From a virus (lineage: Duplodnaviria; Heunggongvirae; Uroviricota; Caudoviricetes), in the IMG/VR virus record IMGVR_UViG_3300025913_000020: a DNA stretch of 64,000 bases. One strand, 5' to 3'. The notes under the pieces are model-generated. The model was not told the DNA's origin and searched no databases. It saw only the letters and a program-made list of their open reading frames with translations. Below are positions 27,370 to 36,800 of this stretch, piece after piece (positions within the stretch are counted from its first letter, which is position 1; every line of letters begins with the position of its first letter). Both the position numbers and the translations under genes were made by a program.

Positions 27370-27606
27370 ATGAGTCTTCCACTTCAAGACTGTCTGTTTT
27401 TTCGTGCGGCCAGGGGCGACGAGAAAGCGTTCGACAGTCTTGTGAAACGGCTGGCTTACAACATCGTTAAGGGTCATTTCACCATGTACCCTTGCAGTCA
27501 CGAACCTCGTTGCGTGGAATGCACTGATGAGGAGCTGGAGGCGCTGACCAAGCGCCTTGAGCCTGCGCTTCAGGTGGAAAAGGAAAAAATCCAAAATCAG
27601 AAATGA
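27370..27606 (+). CDS. Hypothetical protein
   Basis: ATG 27370 follows a TTGTTTACAA motif; coupled to the next gene. Confidence 0.55.
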   Translation: MSLPLQDCLFFRAARGDEKAFDSLVKRLAYNIVKGHFTMYPCSHEPRCVECTDEELEALTKRLEPALQVEKEKIQNQK

Positions 27607-27929
27607 ACATTCGAATCGTAGCGTTGCACGAAGGTCCGGCTGACGGAATGAAGACCATGGCCTCGCACAGCACTGCCGTCCACGACGGCCAGGCTTACGT
27701 GTGGGACGGCGGAGAGGATCGGTCTCGTTTCGTCCATGCCATGACCCTGCTATCGCGGCAGCCTCGCGAGCTGGTTATCCAGGAGCAGGAGAAGATGCGA
27801 GATTTTATCAATCACCCCGAGCGTAATTGGAACGTTGACCCTCGATCAGAAAAAGGACCGCTTCACGGCATACCAGAGTGGCGTCTCAATTTATGGATTG
27901 CCCTGTTTCAGTACGGGGAAGTCGCATAG
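27603..27929 (+). CDS. Hypothetical protein (TAG-terminated)
   Basis: ATGA overlap. Confidence 0.6.
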   Translation: MNIRIVALHEGPADGMKTMASHSTAVHDGQAYVWDGGEDRSRFVHAMTLLSRQPRELVIQEQEKMRDFINHPERNWNVDPRSEKGPLHGIPEWRLNLWIALFQYGEVA

Positions 27930-27970
27930 CGGTGCCTGGCGCGTTTCATGTTCGCGCCAGGCACTGGCTA

Positions 27971-28306
27971 TTAAGCCGGTGTGGATGAAGTCTGGTGGGC
28001 TTTCAGATACTGTTCCTGCGCCCGCAGCTTCGAAGCCTTTCTCAGTTCCAGCATCTCGCGGGCTTCGTTTTGAAAACGCCAGATAGCGCCGTAGTCGAAG
28101 CCATAAGGTCCGGTGAAACGTTTGATGATCTCGGCGATCTTTTCGCGCTGAGACGCCCATTTGTCCCGACCTATCCCGCTGGCCGTGCTCCGGCGCACCA
28201 GCTTTAAGTCGTGGATGTGTTTGCTGATCTCGGCATAGCGGGTGCGCCACTCAGCGCGCCACGTGAGATATTGTTCCTTCGTTTCGAATGTCAGTGTTGT
28301 ATTCAT
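27971..28306 (-). CDS. Hypothetical protein, coupled to the Pth2-like gene
   Basis: ATG overlaps the TGA of the upstream minus-strand gene. Confidence 0.65.
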   Translation of the reverse strand: MNTTLTFETKEQYLTWRAEWRTRYAEISKHIHDLKLVRRSTASGIGRDKWASQREKIAEIIKRFTGPYGFDYGAIWRFQNEAREMLELRKASKLRAQEQYLKAHQTSSTPA

Positions 28307-28752
28307 GGTAGTAACTGGAACCGCCGTGTGATGGTTTGTATTTCGTGCTTCTTCGCTGGACCTATACCCAGGGCGGTAATGATGGGCTGGCCACCGAAGA
28401 AATTTTCACAGCCGGAATCCACGACCAGGAAGTGCGGGATGCCGAGGCGTTTGGCTTCGTCCACGGCCTGCATGATCCGATTGAGGTTGCCCTCAAGACA
28501 GACTTTGGTGCCGGGAGAATTGGGGTGCTCGACGGAATAGGCCGCAGCGAGCGAGGGATTTTGTTGAAGCGCCTGGATGTAAGCTCCCAGGTAAGCGTGA
28601 CCCGCTTGAGAAGCGGATTTGCCTGGAGTCATGCCCAGGTCTTTGCGAACGATAGCGTAGAGACGGAGAGTTTCGTCCTACGTGAATGGAGAGGCACATG
28701 GGGCACTTTCCCCAGTTGCCTTCGAAGTTTCTAAAACCTACAGTTCTGTCAT
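28303..28752 (-). CDS. pth2: Peptidyl-tRNA hydrolase 2 (Pth2)-family protein with two in-frame TAG codons in its N-terminus
   Basis: Frame from ATG 28752: MTEL*VLETSKATGESAPCASPFT*DETLRLYAIVRKDLGMTPGKSASQAGHA...KVCL...V.D.G...T.LGIGP...I..IT.RFQLL. TAGs at 28738-40 and 28678-80. The conserved first strand (YAIVRKDL) lies upstream of the track start 28632. Confidence 0.8.
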
Positions 28753-28761
28753 AGTGGCGAA

Positions 28762-28790
28762 AATGTAAACGCTTCCTTTTTCGCTGTCAA
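28762..28790 (-). promoter_or_regulatory. sigma70-like promoter of the Pth2-like gene
   Basis: TTGACA-N17-TACATT, 9 nt before ATG 28752 (near-leaderless). Confidence 0.7.
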
Positions 28791-28845
28791 ACGAAAAGTT
28801 GCACGGGCTGAGTAGGTAGGGAGAATCACTGTGGTATGAAATGAA

Positions 28846-28920
28846 TGGCGCTTCCGGCAGGGTTCGAACCTGCGACGCACCGATTTAGAGTCGGTCGTTC
28901 TGCCGCTGAACTACGGAAGC
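28846..28920 (-). tRNA. Amber suppressor tRNA (anticodon CUA)
   Basis: GCTTCCG-TA-GTTC-AGCGGCA-GAAC-G-ACCGA-CTCTAAA-TCGGT-GCGTC-GCAGG-TTCGAAC-CCTGC-CGGAAGC-G-CCA: all four stems fully paired, encoded CCA, G73; anticodon at 28886-28888. Confidence 0.95.
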
Positions 28921-28929
28921 ACGGACAAA

Positions 28930-28958
28930 AAACTAAAATGTTTACATTTATGAGTCAA
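28930..28958 (-). promoter_or_regulatory. sigma70-like promoter of the tRNA, with palindrome in the spacer
   Basis: TTGACT-N17-TAGTTT; AAATGTTTACATTT at 28936-28949. Confidence 0.65.
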
Positions 28959-28988
28959 GCCGGGAATAGCGAATTGATCGGGTCGCCG

Positions 28989-29339
28989 ATGAGCAAAGAG
29001 CTGATCGACGAAAAGATCAAGCGGTGCTATCGCCAGCGCCGTGTTGATAAAGTGCTCACCTGCGTCTCTGCCGTGGTGACCACGACGATTTTTATCCTGA
29101 TCTATCGCCACAACTACGTGATGCTGGCTTTCTTTCTCCTGGTGGGATGGCTGGTGAATCTGGCCGTGATGTTTTATTGCCAGAGAGTGTGGTCGCTGAG
29201 GATCAACCGGTGGGAAGCCCTGTGGAAGTGGTGCGACCTTCTGGAGCACGTCACTTTATTAGGTGAGTCAGGACCTTTTCGAGCAGGATCGGAAGGCATA
29301 ACAGCAGAAATCCTCCGACGACTGCCCACTTCGAGCTGA
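28989..29339 (+). CDS. Membrane protein (two TM segments)
   Basis: Hydrophobic VLTCVSAVVTTTIFILIY and VMLAFFLLVGWLVNLAVMFY; the track's N-terminal extension is tRNA antisense. Confidence 0.6.
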   Translation: MSKELIDEKIKRCYRQRRVDKVLTCVSAVVTTTIFILIYRHNYVMLAFFLLVGWLVNLAVMFYCQRVWSLRINRWEALWKWCDLLEHVTLLGESGPFRAGSEGITAEILRRLPTSS

Positions 29340-29577
29340 CCATCGACTGCCAGTCTTGAAGCTCTTGCGTCCGCAGGTCTGTTTCAATCAGACTGCGGTT
29401 CAATTCCAGGACGGAATTGATTAGCCACTCCCTCTCACTTTCCATCTTCGAGAGCGCCATGATGATGTACTTCTGCTCATCAGACAACTTCGTGACTAGA
29501 TGGTCGGGGATAGAGGATTTGAACTCAGGGCGTTTCAACTCCTGATACCTCGGAATGCGTTCTGATTTTTCGGCCAT
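29251..29577 (-). CDS. Coiled-coil protein with C-terminal TM anchor (holin/XhlA-like architecture)
   Basis: MAEKSERIP...coiled coil...WAVVGGFLLLCLPILL. Confidence 0.45.
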   Translation of the reverse strand: MAEKSERIPRYQELKRPEFKSSIPDHLVTKLSDEQKYIIMALSKMESEREWLINSVLELNRSLIETDLRTQELQDWQSMVSSKWAVVGGFLLLCLPILLEKVLTHLIK

Positions 29578-29653
29578 TATGCCAATAAATACGCAGCCTA
29601 ATTTCCAAGTGTGCGCGCCTGAAAAGTTTGACTTGAAACAATACACTACAGAA

Positions 29654-29682
29654 TTGACATCCAAATCGTAAATGTTTACAAG
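29654..29682 (+). promoter_or_regulatory. sigma70-like promoter with TGTTTACA
   Basis: TTGACA-N17-TACAAG, 6 nt before ATG 29689. Confidence 0.65.
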
Positions 29683-29688
29683 ATCGGC

Positions 29689-29985
29689 ATGGACCAAAGA
29701 CGCCGCCAACTGCTCCTCGACACCGCTAACCATTTCTCCGAGGGTACTCCCGCCATCAATCACGAGTGGCTGGTTAAAAATGAAATCAACATTGACGAGA
29801 TGGGCCAACTTTGTGAACAACTTGGCGGCATCATCCGGGGCTTTGCCAACGCGCCGAAAGAATTACGCACGCTGATACTCATTTGCAGTGCCGCAGATGA
29901 CCCAGATCAGGCCCAGATGATGGTGGCGCGACTGACGGAAAGCATGGCCCTGGAGACAGTGATCGAGCGTCTGAAAAAGATGTGA
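29689..29985 (+). CDS. Hypothetical protein
   Basis: Leaderless start after the promoter. Confidence 0.65.
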   Translation: MDQRRRQLLLDTANHFSEGTPAINHEWLVKNEINIDEMGQLCEQLGGIIRGFANAPKELRTLILICSAADDPDQAQMMVARLTESMALETVIERLKKM

Positions 29986-30063
29986 ATATCCTCTGGATAA
30001 GGGTGGAATAGGAAATAATAACATTCCGTTTACATTTAGGAGTTGAGATTTTACGGTAGGGGA

Positions 30064-30312
30064 ATGGGATTTGAATTGAGAGCTTCGCACTCCGGGCTAG
30101 GAAAACAGAAGAATCAGTTGAGCGTGGCCGCCGCCCCGTATCACGTGAAACTGAAAGACGGCAAAGATAAATTTTGCGCGCACTTGAAAGAAGTTTACGG
30201 GGGATTCTCGCAGGCCGCCGTGGACTCGGTGTTCGACCGGCACGAGCGGGCTTTCCTGGACCTGGAAGCCCTGTGGACCAGGCATCGAAGGCGGTTTGTC
30301 ACCCTGGCTTAG
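30064..30312 (+). CDS. Hypothetical protein (TAG-terminated)
   Basis: Short intact ORF between promoters. Confidence 0.45.
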   Translation: MGFELRASHSGLGKQKNQLSVAAAPYHVKLKDGKDKFCAHLKEVYGGFSQAAVDSVFDRHERAFLDLEALWTRHRRRFVTLA

Positions 30313-30329
30313 TATTTGCACTTTGGCTA

Positions 30330-30358
30330 TTGACAGGCGTTAGGTCTTCGTTTACATT
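30330..30358 (+). promoter_or_regulatory. sigma70-like promoter
   Basis: CACTTTGGCTA-TTGACA-N17-TACATT. Confidence 0.7.
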
Positions 30359-30386
30359 TTACATCGAAGATTAAAACTTAACGCTT

Positions 30387-31106
30387 ATGGCAACCAAAAA
30401 GACCACCGAATCCAAGAAGAACATCCTGGCACCGCTCAAGATCAAGGCGCTCGAAAAGCCTTTGAAGACAGGCGATGTCGTCACCATCAACGTCGAGGGT
30501 GACTACCCTTCGAAGTACAATGAAGCCTCCGCCATTGCCAAGGGCGCGGAGAAGATCATGAAGGATTACAAGCCCGCCATGCTCCCGCTGGCCGTGGACG
30601 AAATCTTTACTCAGAACACCACCAACCCGAACGAACCCATTGTCAGCGTTGCCTTTCGCGACGAGAAGGACAACGTGCTGCGCATCAGCATGACCAGCAA
30701 GTACGGCGACGTGACGGCTGAAGCGGTCCAGGAGCTGTTCAAGGGCCTCAAGAAGAAAGACAAAACGGAGGCCAACATCAATGATTACGTGGAGCGCACG
30801 GTGGAAGCACGTTTTGACAGCACGGTGTTTCGCGGTGCGGACGGCAAGTTTGACAGGGAGCGCTACGACAAGATCGTAGCCGCGCTCGATGGCGTGTCCA
30901 AGGAACTGGGCATCGTCAATCCGTTGTCCACGCAGATCGTGGTGAAGCCGTTCGCCAATTTCAGCACCCGGCGCTGGCTGGATTTTGATAAAGCGACCAA
31001 CGTGCAGATCAGCAAAGTCATCACAAATCAGATTACGTTCACTCCGTGCCCCAACGCGGTCACCGGTCTCATGGTCGGCGAGGAGCCGGAAAAGGAAAAA
31101 GAATAA
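30387..31106 (+). CDS. Hypothetical Lys-rich protein
   Basis: 239-aa ORF after the promoter. Confidence 0.7.
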   Translation: MATKKTTESKKNILAPLKIKALEKPLKTGDVVTINVEGDYPSKYNEASAIAKGAEKIMKDYKPAMLPLAVDEIFTQNTTNPNEPIVSVAFRDEKDNVLRISMTSKYGDVTAEAVQELFKGLKKKDKTEANINDYVERTVEARFDSTVFRGADGKFDRERYDKIVAALDGVSKELGIVNPLSTQIVVKPFANFSTRRWLDFDKATNVQISKVITNQITFTPCPNAVTGLMVGEEPEKEKE

Positions 31107-31459
31107 TGAGAACTCGTGTCATTATTAACTGGGACGACAACGATCCGTTTCCGATGGGGAAACGGATCGAGGAAGCGTTTAATCGTGTCATCAGCTTTTG
31201 CCCGGAGCTGATGGCCGAGTCGGATCACCCGTCTCAGCGTCCACCCGAGCAGGTAGCCTGGCGCAAAGTAATAGGCGGTGAGTTTGAGAATACCGATCTC
31301 CACCTTTTGGTGAAATACGCACGCACTATCGTTCAGCGGGTCAACGAAAAATATAAGACACCCGAAAGTCCGGTCGCAGAGAGCGTCATTCAAGCGGTGG
31401 ATAATCTCTATACCGTGCTTTCTGAAACGTGTGAATACGTGTTCAAAAACAAATCATGA
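31106..31459 (+). CDS. Hypothetical protein
   Basis: TAATG overlap start MRTRVIINW. Confidence 0.6.
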   Translation: MRTRVIINWDDNDPFPMGKRIEEAFNRVISFCPELMAESDHPSQRPPEQVAWRKVIGGEFENTDLHLLVKYARTIVQRVNEKYKTPESPVAESVIQAVDNLYTVLSETCEYVFKNKS

Positions 31460-31959
31460 CTCTGATCGTTCATTTCATGCAGTACGGCCAGACGGCTTGC
31501 CAGATGGCAGGCGTTCCCAAGGACTGGGCCGCTGGCCATAGGTGGAGCAGCGCCTGGAAAGATGTGACGTGCCAGGATTGCCTGCGCGGCAAGGATTTTA
31601 TCGACACGTTTACGATCTCAGAGAAACGCGATTCGATTACGTGCAAGCGCTGTAACCGCACCAGTTACAATAGCAATGATGTGCAGTACCACTATTGCGC
31701 TTACTGCGATGTGTTCCATGATGACATCTGGCCGCCCGCTCGTCGTTGGTGGATCGAGAACCCGGAGCGTGACCTAGCCCTGGTCTCGTGTGCCTGCGGG
31801 TACCGCATCGGGTTCCGTTGGAAACAGTTGATCAGCTTGGAGCCTAACCTGGAGGTTGCAGGCGTCTTCCGCTGTCCTCAGTGCAAGGCGAACCTTTTTG
31901 ACCAGATTTCAAAACTCAGTAAGCATTACCATGAAGCGCATCAAGCACATCAGCCCTAA
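31456..31959 (+). CDS. Protein with three Cys-rich Zn-binding modules
   Basis: TAC...VTCQDC; ITCKRC...YCAYC; CACG...CPQC. Confidence 0.6.
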   Translation: MTLIVHFMQYGQTACQMAGVPKDWAAGHRWSSAWKDVTCQDCLRGKDFIDTFTISEKRDSITCKRCNRTSYNSNDVQYHYCAYCDVFHDDIWPPARRWWIENPERDLALVSCACGYRIGFRWKQLISLEPNLEVAGVFRCPQCKANLFDQISKLSKHYHEAHQAHQP

Positions 31960-32557
31960 AGTCCAGGTCCAGGTGGTCGAGGACTACAAAGCCAAGAACC
32001 CGGACGGGACGTACAAGCTCACTCTCAAGCAGATCGCCGAGAAGCACGAGATCAGTCTCAGCACGGTCAACAATCTGGCGCGCATCTCCAAGGTGCAGGG
32101 CAGGCCGAAGATCGGGAAGAAGCTGATCGTGCCGGACGCTCGTACCATGAAGCTGCTGCGCGATGCGACCGAATTGAACATCACCCTGGAGGAAGTGGGC
32201 CGACTCAACAAGCGCTGGACCACGGACCCGGCGACGGGCCGCCGTGTGCTCAAGCCGCTCACCAAACAGCGTGTGTCTCAGATCATCAACTTTTGGAAAA
32301 AGCGCGGCAATCCTGGACTGCGCACGAAAGGATTCAAGCCTGGCGATGTGATCAAGTGGGCCGACCAGCTCTTTACCGTGGTCCGCTACGATTCGGCGCG
32401 CAAGGGCGCTGTGCGTGACGCCGAGGGCGACGTTATTGATCCCTTCCACTGGGTGCATCTAGGTGCCCGCTCCAAGCTGGTGACTCCAGCTCCGGCACCC
32501 CCGGCTGAAGCTGTCCCTTCTGATGCGTCGTCCAATGGCGAAGTATCTAAAGCGTGA
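31931..32557 (+). CDS. Putative DNA-binding protein with HTH motifs
   Basis: LTLKQIAEKHEISLSTVNNL; ITLEEVGRL...LTKQRVSQI. Confidence 0.6.
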   Translation: MKRIKHISPKVQVQVVEDYKAKNPDGTYKLTLKQIAEKHEISLSTVNNLARISKVQGRPKIGKKLIVPDARTMKLLRDATELNITLEEVGRLNKRWTTDPATGRRVLKPLTKQRVSQIINFWKKRGNPGLRTKGFKPGDVIKWADQLFTVVRYDSARKGAVRDAEGDVIDPFHWVHLGARSKLVTPAPAPPAEAVPSDASSNGEVSKA

Positions 32558-32925
32558 CATCGAAACAAATTCTCGACGAGATCATCGAGCGCCAGATCAG
32601 TGATGCGACCATGCTCAAACGCGTGGTGGCACTCTTTCAGCGGGAGTTGGGTGCGATCTTCGGGAATGCCTCGGTGAAGCGACGTAATCATCGCTACGAG
32701 ATCGACGTGGCTGTTTACGAAAAACCTATCGCTGGCGGGGAGTCCTACAGGATGCCCACGCGCCAGGTCCAGGAATGGGTCCGTCAGGCCGCCGCCAAAG
32801 CCCATCCTCGCCTCTATAAACGGCTGCAAGTCAACGTCCAGCCGTGGAAGCACGGTCACGCCTCCAAAAAGTTATTCGCACCCCTGCACATCACTGTGGA
32901 TGCCCGTCAAAGTCCTGCCCAATAG
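32554..32925 (+). CDS. Hypothetical protein (TAG-terminated)
   Basis: GTGA overlap. Confidence 0.6.
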   Translation: MTSKQILDEIIERQISDATMLKRVVALFQRELGAIFGNASVKRRNHRYEIDVAVYEKPIAGGESYRMPTRQVQEWVRQAAAKAHPRLYKRLQVNVQPWKHGHASKKLFAPLHITVDARQSPAQ

Positions 32926-32983
32926 GGATTTGTTCAAACATTGACTTGACGAAGCAAAAATTGTTTACGATTATTCACACGTT

Positions 32984-33295
32984 ATGCGCAGTCTTATTAA
33001 CAAAGGTGAAAGTGGTATCAACCTCGAAGCTCCTGGCCGAATGGACGTTGTCGAGCAAGTCTTACGTGCGGAGCCGTTCTTTAAGCCGAAGATGCGTGGT
33101 CCTGTACGTTGTCGCCGCACCAACCGGCGCGGAATTCGAAAACAGTACAGCGGGCTGACCGTGGAACTGGTCGGAAGGCTGGCTCGCGCTGGACTTGACG
33201 CTGTAACGATGCGCCGCGACGAATTGATTGCGGCAGCGTATCAGCTCTGCCAGCCAGTATCTGACGGCCAGGAAACGTTGTCAGTGAATGCCTGA
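32984..33295 (+). CDS. Hypothetical basic protein
   Basis: Follows a TTGAC...TTGTTTACG motif. Confidence 0.55.
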   Translation: MRSLINKGESGINLEAPGRMDVVEQVLRAEPFFKPKMRGPVRCRRTNRRGIRKQYSGLTVELVGRLARAGLDAVTMRRDELIAAAYQLCQPVSDGQETLSVNA

Positions 33296-33809
33296 GCAGG
33301 ATGCCAAAGACCCAATCCAGGAAGAATTAGAGCGCCAGATTCTTGAGGGCGCGCCGGAAATCTGTATCTGGATGATTGTCTTTGGGTGCCTGACCACCAT
33401 GGCGGAAATCCGCGAGGAATACGCTCTCAGTAGAATTGACCACTCCACTTTCTATCCTGCATTCAACAACGCGTTCGCCGAACTGATCAAGACGGCGGAG
33501 GCCGTGGACCGCTTTGGCGTTATTCTCGCGGTCGTGACCGAGAGCAACTACCGCAGGAGGATCAAGAAAGACCCCTACTACGTCATCGACGCCAAATTTT
33601 CCTCCTTTTTCTGGCGCTGGTACAACTGGTGGGCCGATCATCTTTTCGAACTGGACGATGTAGCTAGGCAAAGGCTCTTTCGGCTTGGCCACGAGAGATC
33701 GTCCACGCTGGCAGAGTATAAGCCTCCGGGCGACTGGATGCACTATCGGCGCACCATGCCAAAAGTGCTCAATTTTTCAGTCCCGCTAGGCGTGGCAAAA
33801 GCCGAATAG
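33288..33809 (+). CDS. Hypothetical protein (TAG-terminated; in frame with the next gene)
   Basis: 173-aa ORF. Confidence 0.65.
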   Translation: MPEQDAKDPIQEELERQILEGAPEICIWMIVFGCLTTMAEIREEYALSRIDHSTFYPAFNNAFAELIKTAEAVDRFGVILAVVTESNYRRRIKKDPYYVIDAKFSSFFWRWYNWWADHLFELDDVARQRLFRLGHERSSTLAEYKPPGDWMHYRRTMPKVLNFSVPLGVAKAE

Positions 33810-33879
33810 TGGGACCCTCACTTCCCTCCTTGGCGCGGCGTTTGTTATCGCTTCAGCGGGACTGTTCTATTATGGGTTG

Positions 33880-33886
33880 GTAGTTA
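33880..33886 (+). promoter_or_regulatory. GTAGTTA-N4-start motif
   Basis: GTAGTTA-tcac-GTG 33891. Confidence 0.55.
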
Positions 33887-33890
33887 TCAC

Positions 33891-36800
33891 GTGAACGAGC
33901 TGATCGAGCAAGAAGTCCTGGATGCCAAAGAGGTTTCCACGAATGAATCAGGACGCGTAGTGGTTGAATCCGACATCGACCTCCGCGACTCTCTCAGCCC
34001 ATCGTTCCATGACGAAGTGGCGCAGCTCCTTTCCAACCTGGGCGTCATCGTTGAATCCCAGTGGCGGCCAGCCGGGCTGGCGACAGAGAAAAGATTTTAC
34101 ACGGGGCCGGTGCTCGTCATCAAAGCTGTTACCGGCAACCAGGATGTCACCGGCCCGAAGCTTGCCGAAGCGGTACGATCGCTGATCCCTGATGCGCTGC
34201 GCGCCCAGACCCGAGTCTGGTGCCCCTTCCTTCACAAGGACGTGTGCAATGAGACACTGGTCTTCGATGTGGCGGTGGCGGGCGCACCGGCAGTCCTCTT
34301 TGAATTTGCGGATGAGGACGAGATGAAAACCATCTCGGAGCCAACCGACCCGAAGGAGCGCATCATGACTGTGCTCAATGGCCATGGTTTGCACATCGAG
34401 AGCTTTGTCACGACTCCATCCGATCCCGGTTGGGGCGATCTCGGTAATCCAGTCTTTGTCATCAAGACCAATCTTCAACCCACTGAAGCTCCCTGGACCT
34501 ACGATCCAGTGGCACAGTCCGGTCTAGTGGAATTCTGTGCGCGGGTAAAGCGCGACCTGGAGGAGATCACACACCAGGATGTGACGTTCGCCTCCAAGTT
34601 CGCCATGGAGAAGGGGGCGTGGAACATTACCTGGCTGACGGATGAGCACGGTAAAATGGAATCGACTGGCGATGCTGATCTCGACGCTGAGTTGGCTAAA
34701 GAGCTGACGAGTGACAAAGTGGATCGCGCTCTGATTGAGGATATTCTTTCCCGTTACGGTGTTCGTCTTTTGCCTGGCGACCGTCAAGGTACTGGCTTCG
34801 ACATACCCAATCAGCCCGACATCATTCCGAACACCTACCACATGTTCCGTGGGCAATGGAAACCCAAGGTCTTGTGGCACGAAGGGTCATCGCAGCTCGG
34901 TACCGATCTTCGTAACGACATCAGCGCGCAGTGTGGGGTGGCACCGAAGGACATTTTCTTCTACATCGACTTCGCGAGCGGTGAAGTCGAAGTGGCTGTG
35001 CCGCGCAAGAATCTCCAGACGGAATCAGAGCTGGACTCCGAAGCCGAAGACGCCAAAGAGGTTGGTGAAATTCCTGCCGACCGCGACGTGATGCCGTCTG
35101 GCGTTGAGGGATGGCAGAGCCGTCTTCAAAATGCTTACGACAGCTTTGAGGAGTTTGCTTCGTACTCGGACATCTACGGGTTGGCCGAACGCCTGGGATT
35201 CGAGACCGCTCAGGAAGCCTGGGAAGCCAATCCGATCATTCGTGGTTCCGTGAATCCTGGTGATTACGGTGTGGTTGAGAGTGCTGGTGATAAGCCACCG
35301 TGGTATGACCCCAACGCCGGTGCGCAGAAAGTCGCCCATGACGTGGAAGGCGCGCCAGTGAAGATCGGCCAAATAGTCCGCGTGACCTCGGTTGATGAAG
35401 CAGAGGAAGGAACTGACTGGGCTAAATTGGTGGGCCAGGAGGGCAAAGTAGTCCACCTGGAGTATTCGTGCGGATGCGGGCAGTCTTATCCAGAGGACCC
35501 GATGATCGGTGTGGAGTTTTCCGATGGCACCGTTCACGAGTTCTGGGCTGAGGAGCTTGGCACCGAGACCAATGAAGCCATCCGGGCCTACCACGCGTCG
35601 CCGAATAAGTTCAAGAAGTTCGATCTCAGTAAAGAGGGCGCGCACTTCGGGTCTCGCGAGCAGGCGTCCAACGTCAGGAAGCATGGGCTGAAAGAGCCGG
35701 TCGCTTACGATCTGGAGGTCAAGAATCCTTTGCGCCTGCATGACATCGGCGTCTGGAATAATTTCAACAACCTGCACTCTGTGCTCAGCGTGGGTGATCA
35801 CATCACGCCCGAGCAGGCTGACGCGGCCTGGGCCGCCTGGTTGCGGTCGGATCAGGAAGGGTGGGAGGCGCTGAAGGCCGCACTCGAACAGAATGGCTAC
35901 GACAGCATCGTCTATCAGAACGAGCAGGAAGGCCCCGGCGACTCCTACCTGGTATTCCGCGACGGCCAGATCAAACGGATCAAGGAGAACGACGAAGGTG
36001 ACTTCAAAGACCTATGGGTGGACTCGCCTAGTTTATCGCACACTTTCACGTTTGTCTTTGATTTCGGTGCCGGAGAAGGCACTCAAGAGTGGGTCTGGAC
36101 CGTTCCCATCGAGATGATGCCGCCTGTCGGCCCGGATGGAGATTTAGAGCCTGTCTTGGATTTTGTTAGAGAGTATGCCCGCAAGCACATGCCAGATACT
36201 CCGCCAGACGACTGGGATTTTCTTGTTGATATTAAACCAGCCAATCCTGAGAACTTGGCCGAGCTGTTGCGTGAGGACCTGAACGATGACGTGGTAGCGG
36301 CTGCGAAAGAGGCATGTAAAGAGCCAAGCGACGAACAGAAGGAAGCTGGCAATTACCAAAAGGGTCACATTGTGATCCATGGTCTTGACATCTCCATCGA
36401 GAATTGCAAAGGGTCCATGCGCCGGGGCAAGGACAAGGGCGGCAAGGAGTGGGAGGTTAAATTACCCGCGCACTACGGCTACATCAAAGGCACCGAAGGC
36501 AAGGATAAGGATCACATCGACGTGTTCATCGGCGAGAAGCCGGAGAGCGAGAAGGTGTTCGTGGTCAATCAGAACAAGCTCGATGGTGGTTTTGATGAGC
36601 ACAAAGTCCTGCTTGGATTTGAGGAGCGCGCCGACGCCATCCAGCATTACGACGACGCCTACACAGGCGGCCTGGGTCCCAAGCTGCGCGACTCGGTCGT
36701 GTCCACCACGATGGAAAAATTCAAAGCGTGGCTCCAGGATGGCGAGCACAAGAAGCCGTTCGAGGAAGTCGAGCTGAAGGAATCCCTCCAGGAGCGGGTC

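Noticed and set aside
28493-28699. Track ORF MCLSIHVGRN... as the real gene at the pth2 locus
   Set aside because: Different frame from the Pth2 motifs and no recognisable content; kept only as a possible frameshift entry route.
28845-28988. N-terminal 48 aa of track ORF 28845-29339 (MALPAGFEPAT...)
   Set aside because: It is the antisense of the tRNA and its promoter; GFEP is the typical reverse translation of a T-arm.
30138-30151. Second parS-like sequence GTATCACGTGAAAC
   Set aside because: One mismatch, imperfect symmetry and inside an ORF; plausible by chance, so not called.
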